DNA from: Octopus bimaculoides
Lineage: Eukaryota
NCBI RefSeq assembly: GCF_001194135.2
Contig: NC_068984.1
Coordinates: 91,192,339-91,238,470, forward strand
DNA: 46,132 nt
Direction of reading: 5' to 3'
Part shown: positions 36,998 to 46,132 of the stretch, piece after piece
How positions within the stretch are numbered: the first letter of the stretch is position 1
Layout: each line of letters starts with the position of its first letter
Made by a program: the position numbers and the translations under genes
Notes under the pieces: generated by a model
Told to the model about the DNA's origin: nothing
The model's input: the letters and a program-made list of their open reading frames with translations, nothing else
Database searches by the model: none

Positions 36998-37064
36998 CTC
37001 CAATGGCTACAGGCATATGATCTCTCTTCAAACTGGAGAGGTCATATGCCTGCAGCCATTGGAG
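36998..37064. other. 29-bp near-perfect hairpin with 9-nt loop (pre-miRNA-like or mini-MITE)
   Basis: CTCCAATGGCTACAGGCATATGATCTCTC-ttcaaactg-GAGAGGTCATATGCCTGCAGCCATTGGAG. The structure is certain; the function is not. Confidence 0.5.
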
Positions 37065-37228
37065 TCAGATGAGTTATTTATTGGTCACTCTAATACTGGA
37101 CATATATTTAGCTTCATGTAAATACATTACTGCTCTAATCTAAACTTTAGAGTGCTATTTTTTCAGATATATGATCCACTGACAATACACAACCACACAC
37201 ACACATACACACACCCATGCCATGTACA

Positions 37229-37268
<40 letters not shown>

Positions 37269-38834
37269 AAAAAATGTGGTAAGATAAATAACTCAGAGTA
37301 GCAAGTGGTATGTATTAGTACAACAAAAAACAAATAAGAATATTTTAAATACTATACAAAATAAATTCTTACTTTATTGACATTATATCTGTCTCCAGAG
37401 ATAGTTAAACAATCATTTGGTGGCAACTGATTACAAAGTCTAAATAAAGAAAGGAGACAATCTCAAGAATCAAGAATTCTCTGAAACTAACGTGTCATTT
37501 GGGAGAAGGACAGCTTAGGTCATGGTTCTACATGTATATGTATCATCAGCAAAATACTTACTCATACAAAAAAGAGTAAAAACATTTATGGCTAAGCTAA
37601 TTTACATAAATGAAATGAAAAGGAGCTAAGAGAAATAATTCAGAGTGTACTCTAGTGTTAAAACATTTTATATAGGCTTATCTACAGTTTATTTTTGGTA
37701 TCATAGCAACATGTTTTTAATTAAACCTTAATAAAGTTGGAAAGTATGTCAAAGACTTCTCATAGTTTAAATCAAAAGCAAGGCTGTATAATTTAAATGT
37801 GTTGGTAACTGAATTTAATACAGGGCAAGGCCACTGAGATGAATTTAATATATGAGTGTGTATGAGTGAGTTTATATTTAAACTTGGTTCAATTCACTTA
37901 TTCATTGATATTTTATTTGACTGTCTATTATAATGATGCAAAAGTATATGCAGAAATTGGCAAGAATAAAACCATTAAAAATACAGCAGTCATCTATCTT
38001 CAGGAATATTCAGTTTTAAAAGAAAAAAAAGTGAATTGAATATTGTAAAGTAACTTAAAATAGCATAAAATATAGAGGAAAATGCTTAAAATGTTAAAAA
38101 TAAAGAAAAACTAAAATATATTTTAAGAAGTAAACAAAACGGGAGTAAGAATATAGCAATGATCCCCAAACAGGAAACACTTGGCCCTCAGGGAAAGGAA
38201 TTTCAAATTTTAGGGGAGGAATTGAAGGTGGGGGGGGGGGAAGATTTGGGGAGGATTTTCATTCAGAAGAAGATTTCAAAACTGGGAAATAATGTAACTT
38301 CAACACTATACACGTATAAAATAAAGTACCAGTACATGCAACTATGAGAACCATTACAAATTAACAGTTCAAATAAAACCTTCTGCTTCAGACTTAATCC
38401 TGTTTGAGACTATTCGATTATTGAGGTTTATAAAACATGTTCAAAGTAATATGATACTCAGTCTCAGAAAGTGTTTTTGCTCTTTTCAACAACATACTTG
38501 TTTGGTTGAATATGTCTTTAGTGCTATTGTGAATATATTGACTAAAAAATGAGGACATTTCAATATTTGTGATGAGGTGATCTTCAAGCAAAACTAACTG
38601 GATTTGTTCCTTGGTATTCTAATTTAGTTTCTTTGCATTGGAGGCCAAGGTGAGCATTAAATCAAATGGAATTTTTGTGCAGTGAAAATATTATCTTTTT
38701 TTTTTCTTTCCTTTTGATGACACTTAATAAAGTGCATTTGGCTTCCCTTATAACATATTTGTCATTAATTTAATTGAAGTTTTTTTTAGTCCATTGAAAT
38801 AAGTTTTACATACATCTACAGATGCAATATTTGA

Positions 38835-39790
38835 ATACATCACTAGTGTTGTATCCTAGAGTAACTGGGTTTTCAGCATTGCAGCATATACCCTCATCCT
38901 GGTAACCTGACTTAATTTGATGAAACCAAGGCCTGTGCCCAAGCAACTTTCTGTTGACCCCACCAACCAATTCTTTTCAGCTAGAGCCATCTAGCTTTCT
39001 CAACACGTTCCATGTTGTTCTCGATGGCTCTCCTGCTCATTCTTGTAATACCTAGGGTTCCATAGGCCTTACTTAGGGAATGATTTGTACTTCCTTGACT
39101 ATAATGTCCACTAATGTCCAATAGAAAACACTTGGTTCTCCACCCATTCTTGTGGCACTCTTTCATAAGCTCCTGGTACTTAATGCTCTTCCTCTCTTGC
39201 ACATTTTCTGTCCTTTTCCTCCAAGGTAAAGTTAAATCCAATAGGATTAGCTGCCTTGTTGTCTCAAAAACTAAGATGATATCTAGTCTCCTTGATAAGG
39301 TTTATGTGATATGTGATGGAAATTTTAGCAGCTTTGCCAGGGCAACATACACCCAGTCATGTGGTACAGAAAGTAAACCACCAGAGCTGTTCTTGTGTCT
39401 TTTCTTCAGCCTCTCTCCTTTCTTCACAAAGGTTATCTTCTTTAGCAGTAGTTCTGGCATTTCTACTGTTACTGATTCCCTTGCTGACCACCTCAGTAAT
39501 GGTCTTGAGGAAAAGATTATGTCTCAAGGGATAACAGCCCTCACTCTGTGCCTTGGAACAGCTACTTAGGATGTGCTGGAGAGTCCCTATCTTGGAACAC
39601 AAGAATCATTTGGGGTTTTTCACTAAGTCCCATCTAAATAGGTTGGGTGGCTGGGGAGAATATCATAGACTCTCTGAATCAAGAACTTAATCCTCTATCA
39701 AGTTCCATTTCCAAGTGTCCTGCCAGGTGGTATTTTGCTCCATAATTTGGGACCACAAGAAGAGAAATGTGACACGAGACTCTGTAAATC
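38835..39790 (-). mobile_element. HERO/NeSL-like non-LTR retrotransposon 3' end (zinc knuckle plus restriction-like endonuclease), decayed
   Basis: CSKIGTLQHILSSC...RHNLFLK (CCHC knuckle, RHD-like), then KFPSHI..RLDIILVFETTRQLILLDLTLPW...ERKSIKYQEL..EC.KNGWRT, matching the PD-(D/E)xK RLE layout. Confidence 0.8.
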
Positions 39791-40607
39791 ACATGAAAAG
39801 ATAAATTAATAATGGTTATAAGAAAAGAAGTTGAAGGATTAAAACAAAAGAGATAATGAATGTTGTTAACACCATGGTAGCACTGACCAAACAGACACAT
39901 GATTAAGGGGGTTTCAACCATGCACTTGGAAAGGTTATGTCATTTAGTGCCAGATCAAGCAGATCAACGTTCGGGCTATGACCATCTCGTCTTTTATTCA
40001 AACATATATCTACTACCACACTGTACAACGTGTCCTACATTTTTAAAACCATTAGAATGCAATTTGAAGGAGATTTGGCTGCTATTTCTAGCAGTCGAGT
40101 GACCTCGTTGACTTGTAAATAAATGTGTTTAAAAGGGGACACACATGCTATAGACACTCGTAAATTGAAAGGATTTTTGATATATAGTTCCGTTTCAGTT
40201 TAAAAACGTTCTTTTCCTATTTTGGTTACCAGTAGATAGGATCTCCATCATTTTAATCTCATCAAAATTATTACCACATTCACCATCGTCTCCGTTTGTG
40301 TAGAGAATCCTAAGACATCATCGTCACCATTGTTACCAACATCAAGGCCATTCTCCTCCTATTCACTTAATTTTTTATTCTGTTATTAACAACAACGACG
40401 ACTTCAACAATCACACCAGCAACAGAAACACCTAGACTTAAATCGGCCGTCCGAACAACTTCATCTAGATGAAATTCTGTGAGTCGCATTACATTAAAAG
40501 ACTTTGCCCTTCAAAATAAATAGCAGCGTTGTTGTTTACATTGATGTTAACAATGACAACTGTTATTGTAGCTACTGCTGATCATCGTACTTTCAAGCTA
40601 CTTTCTC

Positions 40608-40617
40608 ATGACGTCAT
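40608..40617. promoter_or_regulatory. Perfect CRE palindrome ATGACGTCAT in a CpG-retaining zone
   Basis: Motif seen directly. Function is inferred only from context. Confidence 0.3.
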
Positions 40618-41065
40618 TTTGTGTGGGTGTGAGGCGGTTTTTCTCACTTTCAGAGAAACTCCCATCTTCATTGAAAGATAACGATTATATAATCAGATGT
40701 GCTGGAAGTGTTTAATAAATCGTGGGCGGCAGCTCAAAAGTCTAGTGAGATGGTGATGGTGGATGGTATGGGATGTTCAACCCCAGGCCAACCCTGAGTT
40801 AGCAGACCTATTAAAAGCTATTCCTGCCATGGCCATCTGGTTTTTTTTATTTTTAAAAAAAGATAGGTATACCACAAAACAGTAGAGTGTAATTTGAGGG
40901 CGGTCTTGCAGTTACTTCAAACTAGTTAACGACCATCTAGAGGCTCCTTCGACGGTAGTAATTGCTGTTGTTTAGCAACACGTCATTGATTGAGCTGACC
41001 TTTGACCAATGGCATTCCAACCATGTACCTGATCTTTTTCCTGTGTGTAGGGACCATACATTTTC

Positions 41066-41102
<37 letters not shown>

Positions 41103-41476
41103 AAGAGGGTAGGATGTAATTTGAAGAATATTTGACTACTATTTCTGGTAAGTCTAGTGACTAAATAGAAGCCTCTCAAAACGTTTGAGTTGCAAAAATA
41201 GACGACTGAAACAAAGTAAAGCTTTCATTCGAAAGTGTGGTAAAGTTGGGAAAACTCATGAGATTTCTTATAACAGAGATAAGGAACTAACAATAATACA
41301 AATTGTTGAAACATCGAAATAAATTTCATGTAACGTTTCAGACAAGTAGCACTTCATTGAAGAGAGATGTCGACTAGTGTTGAAGGATTAATAAAGAGGG
41401 ATTATTGAAACGGCTGACAAATCCAAGTAGAGAAGGATAACGGTCAGAGGGGGAAAGAAAATAAAAGAAACGCTGA

Positions 41477-41745
41477 GGGGCCCTAGGATATGTAACACAC
41501 TGCCTAAATACCAATCTTGAGAAATTAGGCTTCTCAAAACCAGAAAGCAGAAAGCTAATTCGAAGACTACAGATCCAGTCCATCACTGGAACTGTAAAAA
41601 TATGTAAAACTTTACAGAAGTTTATCATTTAAGTACATATGAGCATGTCTAGATATGCAACTATATGCATGATGAGAATACAGGCATAAAACAAAACATA
41701 CAAATCTGCACACATACATACATACATACATACATACATACATAC
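41477..41745 (+). mobile_element. 5'-truncated RLE-type (R4/Dong-like) LINE 3' end with (CATA)n tail
   Basis: 41477-41632 translates GALGYVTHCLNTNLEKLGFSKPESRKLIRRLQIQSITGTVKICKTLQKFII*, resembling the C-terminus of RLE-type elements. Followed by a short UTR and (TACA)n. Confidence 0.6.
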
Positions 41746-41974
41746 AAACAAAAATATCCTGTTGATGTTGAAATTCCAAAGAAAGAGCCTTGGATCTAGG
41801 TAAGAAACCAGCTCTTTCTCTATTGGCAAGAAATCTTGAAATAAAACTGAATAATGACATACATACATCAATTAATCAATTAATTATAACTTATTAGAAT
41901 GACCAGCGATCATCGGGTTGAATGAACTGTCATATCACGGTTACATTTACCAACATGTTATATTGTTAATAAGG

Positions 41975-42108
41975 TGAAGGCGCGTGGCTTAATGGTAGGT
42001 CATGAGTTCGATTCCCTGTGACGAGTTGTGTCCTTGCACAAGACTCTTTATTTCACATTGCTCCAGTCCACTCAACAAGAAAAAATGAGTTGTGCCTGTA
42101 ATTCAAAG
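41975..42108 (+). mobile_element. tRNA-derived SINE head related to family C, 3'-truncated
   Basis: GAAGGCGCGTGGCTTAATGGT...GAGTTCGATTCCC (A/B boxes). Shares GTGCCTGTAATTCAAAG with family C, then breaks off. Confidence 0.7.
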
Positions 42109-42375
42109 TAGGCCATGGGTTAGTGGGGATCATGGTTCACCCTCTGTGTGATTTACTTTGATGGGTATTTTCATGCAGCCCTGGGTCTAACAAGTTAGAA
42201 AATTGATGTTGCCAGCAAAAAAAAAAAAAAAAAAAACTGGGATGGAAAATCTAGCAAGTAGTACTTTGGAAACATCAAATTATGCAAATATTTTCAAAGA
42301 GGTTGTTGAAGTCAAAAGTAAACAAAAGTTGACCCTACCTACACCATAGCAGTTTGTTATACATGGTCGTTATGA

Positions 42376-44704
42376 AATCAAAGATGGACAAAATCTGGTA
42401 AAGAACGAACCAAATTCCTTCAGGCTACATTTTGTCTAGTGGGAATGCCTGATGCTCACCCTTGTGAAATAGCGACCAGTGAGAAACTTATCTCAAGGAC
42501 CATTGCAGCTATCAAGTTCTTCAACAATCCTTTCAACATCCCAGATGGAAATTTGTACAATCTATCATCCGGCGCTCCGGCTTTAGGAGATGCGAACGAC
42601 GTCCTCAATGCTGAGATTGTTGGTAGGCTAGCAAAGGAGGACTTCAGAAAAAACAGACTAATGAAGAAGGATAACTTCATTGACCCTATTAAACGCCCAA
42701 ATGTGAAAACCATTGCACACATGCACATGTCCGTGAAACTCTCAACTTCTCAGAACAAAGTTGTCAAGTACAAGCAGCAGGGTAACATAGCGTTTCACTT
42801 ACTAGTGAAGTCTCAAGCACAGATTGATCGGAAACTTGACCTTGACAAACTATTGACAAACCCATTGACACCTGTTCCATACAGCATTGGATTGGCAGAC
42901 GATTTTTTTAGCGAAAACAGACAAATCGAAAGGCTTCAAATATGTTGTGAAAGAATGTGATGATGGACAGTTACCTGATCCAAGACAGAGCTTCATTATA
43001 GAGGATGGAAATGCAGTGTTCCATTGCTTGCATGAGATTCCACAAACATTCGGGGAAATATCTCGTAAGGTGTTGGGATCTGCTCTTCACATATCACCTG
43101 TCATATTTAACACTGACATGTACAAGGAAGACTCTGTAAAAGGAGTGGAACGAAACAAACGAGGTGTTGGAGACAAACTCGTCCTGAGTGGTGAGAAAAC
43201 AAAGCGTCCGAATAACTGGAACGTTTTTCTTGCAAATGATGAGAACAAGACAGTTCATTCAGCTTTTGCTCTCAACTTGGAGGAGTGAGGTGTCTGCCGA
43301 CATTCTCACTGGACATGAGATGGTACTGATATATGAAGGAAAAGCTTACCAGTTGTCAAGAAATACACTCTCTCGAATCTTCACAGCAAGAAACTGACAC
43401 TAGTGTGATCCTGTATTGCATGTATGCCAAAGAACGGTGATGCAAATCCATTCGCGCGAGGAGTCCCGATTCAGACATATTTTTCATCTTACTTCACCAT
43501 GATAGATTCCTGGAAGAGCTTCAGACTTCAGATTCGGTTTGAAACTGGAAAGGGCAATATACGACTGTATCGATGTGACTAAGCTGGTTATGTCTACCAT
43601 GTCTGTTCTCTGTTATGCGTTGCTGGGTTATCATGACTTCACCGGGTGCGATAGTACCAATGCCTTCTAAGGGAAGGGGAAAGTGAAGGGACTGAAAGTC
43701 GTTGAAATAGATGAATCATTCCAGAAAGCGTTCTCCGAGTTAGGGGAGTCTTGGGGAGTCGACGATGAGGTGATGAATGAACTGGAGAGGTTCACATATG
43801 TGCTGTATGGCCAGGGCCGGATTAAGATCCATCGAGGCTCTAAGCACTTAAAAGATTTTAGTGCGCCCATAAAAGATTATGTAATTCAAAGTATAAACGA
43901 TAACAAACCAAAAAACAAATTTTTATTTTTCAAACGAAACAAAACAGTAAGAGGGAAAATAATGTTTATTTTTGTATACTTCCACTTTATATTTAAAAAG
44001 TTTCCCCCTACTTTTTTGAATTGCAAAGTCTTTGCACAGATCCTCAAAATTAATCTTAGGTAACACATCTGCATCTATACTTAGTAGAGATAAAGACATC
44101 CCGAATATTATTTTAGCGAGTTTAAAGTGATTTCTTTTGTGCCGTAAACCATTTACAATTTCTGTGGTGCCCCCTCTTACCCTTGATACCCTAAACACGT
44201 GCTTATTGTGCTTAATGGTTAATCCAGCGCTGTGTATGGTNNNNNNNNNNNNNNNNNNNNNNNNNNNNNNNNNNNNNNNNNNNNNNNNNNNNNNNGTGAA
44301 TACATTGCGGTTCACAACCTTGCGAGCAAATTGCGGTGGGAAGGATGATTTCACAAAATCTAAGTAATTCGATCTCGCTTCACTACCCCCATGTAGAAAC
44401 GACCTCGAGCAACATGTTCGGCGAAGCAACTTCCAAACCAGGATATGGAAGCTCGTGAATATTGCAAAGCCCTCCGTGTCTAGACGAAGGACATGGATGG
44501 ACAATGGAAGCAGGAATCATGAAGCCGAAGTGGACAGAGGGTTAAGTGATGCCCTGTCAGTTGGTGGATATTCTGGAAGAACTTGAAGATGAAACTTGCG
44601 CATCAAATTCTGACCCTGCTAGTGACAGTGAACTTAGTGAAAGTGATTTCCTTGACAGAGTAGGATCGGATGGTGATACTGAAAGTGATGGTGATGATTA
44701 TTAA
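42376..44704 (+). mobile_element. Decayed DNA transposon ORF encoding an XPG/FEN1-like PIN-H3TH nuclease (AcademX-like)
   Basis: Across several frameshifts and stops: PLTPVPYSIG, AKTDKS, IIEDGNAVFH, FNTDMY..SVKGVER, NWNVFLANDENK, SQQETDTSVILY, RSPDSDIFFILL, HDFTGCDSTNAF*GKGK, LPPCRNDLEQHVRRSNFQTRIWK, GHGW, acidic tail, TAA at 44702-44704. Confidence 0.75.
43812..44232. mobile_element. hAT-like MITE (421 bp) nested in the Academ-like ORF
   Basis: TIRs CAGGGCCGGATTAA and TTAATCCAGCGCTG (12/14 match). 8-bp TSD TGTATGGC (43804-43811) and TGTATGGT (44233-44240). Confidence 0.85.
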
Positions 44705-45138
44705 TCGGACTCTTCAAATGACTAACGAATGTAATAGATGGTTCACAAATAACGTTGTCATCTTCGACAGTTATGTGGCGTATCTGGATGGGACGAAGTC
44801 CAATACATTACAAAGTTAATGAAACTAAGAGACAGATATAACTGTCATGAAAATAAGATACAACCAGGTAAGAATTAGGATGAATGCTTACTGGAAATGT
44901 GTTAATTCAAATTTTAATGATCCGAAGAGTGCTCAACTGAGATATTTAACTCAACTTTAAAGCAAACTCGTACATTAATTGTTTTAATTCTGTGTATATA
45001 CCTACCAGGAAGGAAGGTAACTATCGCAACTATTGAAATGGATCTTGTTTAAACTTGAGAGATAGAAAGTATTATACAAGCCGGCATTTGTTTCAATATT
45101 AAAATTATATGGCGCATTTCATAACGACTATGTATAAC

Positions 45139-45280
45139 CACTAGCGTAGCTAGAGTGTGTGCTGCCTGGGGCGGCCCTTTCGTTTGCCACCCTCGAACCC
45201 CCACAAAAAATACATATTGCCTACAGCAGACCCAAAAGTGCCGCCCGATGCGGACCTCCCCACCCCCAGCTACGCTAGTG
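45139..45280. mobile_element. 142-bp GC-rich MITE with perfect 13-bp TIRs
   Basis: CACTAGCGTAGCT ... AGCTACGCTAGTG. No TSD detected. Confidence 0.7.
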
Positions 45281-45713
45281 AGTCTTGGGCTGGATTTCCG
45301 CAACTAAAAGGCCTTTAAGGAAGTGTTCCAGCATAACCGCAGTCAAATGTCTGAAATAAGGAAAAGAATAAAAGAAAAAAAAGAATAGGCGTGACTGTGG
45401 TAAGAAGCTTGTTTCCCAACCACTATATATGTACACACATAACCGACGAAGCTTTTAAGTGATACATAAACCCTCAACTATGAGTGCATTGCATCTGGTA
45501 GCAGAAACAGCTGTTAGCTAATGGAGTTCATTTCATAGTTTCTTGTTTCTTAGTCATTTAAATTATCTCTTATTACGCTCTGTAATTGTCAAATGCTTTT
45601 TTCTGAAGCATTTGTAAATTGAGTTTTAACACCAAGTTATTAGCATCATTAAGCCTAAGCGAACCATAAAACGCGCGCGTGCGCGTGTCTGTTTATGTGT
45701 GTGTGTCTATATA

Positions 45714-46132
45714 TCTATACTATAAAAAGCAAATTTTCTGTGTGTGTGTGTATGTTTAAAATTCATACATTTACACAATTCCAAATTTCTTCTATTAAAC
45801 AATCGCAATTAATATTCTAAATACAATAAGTTAGGTCACTGCATCATTTTTTCATTCCAAAAATTTCCTAATAATGAATAACATCCGTAAAACTACAGAA
45901 GTAAACATTTTCTCCCTAATAAAATCTAATTTCCTCTTTCTAATACAAATCCTTTCAAATCTTACTTCCTCTCATGAACCTTTACGAAAACTCCAACAAC
46001 AAATACAAAAAGAAAGGAAGGAGAAAAAGAAAACTATCAAAACTGAAACAATCACATTTCGATACTGTAATGACAGATACTAAAAACTACATACAAAATT
46101 ACTTTGCCCCTCTAAAATTAACTATTTCTATT
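45714..46132 (+). mobile_element. Helitron 5' end (3' end outside the window)
   Basis: A|TCTATACTATAAAAAG followed by a (TG)n tract, the same terminus as the element at 24747. Confidence 0.6.

Overview
AT-rich eukaryotic scaffold with N gaps, almost certainly octopus. That species call rests on my recognition of the repeat families and is not a database result. The only host gene I can support is the 3' end of a Kelch-repeat gene on the + strand: three phase-compatible GT-AG exons at 18424-18564, 22576-22768 and 26742-26964 (stop), encoding the last four Kelch blades. I found no upstream BTB/BACK or first-blade exons in the window. Most of the rest is transposon debris. Non-LTR retrotransposons include two RTE-type families, a CR1/L2-like tail, an I/Jockey-like RT and two restriction-like-endonuclease types. 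There are also several tRNA-derived SINE families (two copies with perfect 12-13 bp TSDs), non-autonomous Helitrons with canonical ends, and foldback/MITE elements. A decayed XPG/FEN1-type nuclease-encoding DNA transposon (AcademX-like, about 42.4-44.7 kb) is split by an 8-bp-TSD MITE. I cannot honestly claim a new biological system. The best leads are a pre-miRNA-like 29-bp hairpin at 37.0 kb, several long inverted repeats that could form dsRNA, the Academ-like element ending in an acidic tail rather than a Cys-rich finger, repeated RTE-tail insertion into (TA)n tracts, and a CpG shift near 40 kb that may mark an unannotated promoter. Repeat boundaries were set by eye and are approximate unless TSDs or TIRs are quoted.
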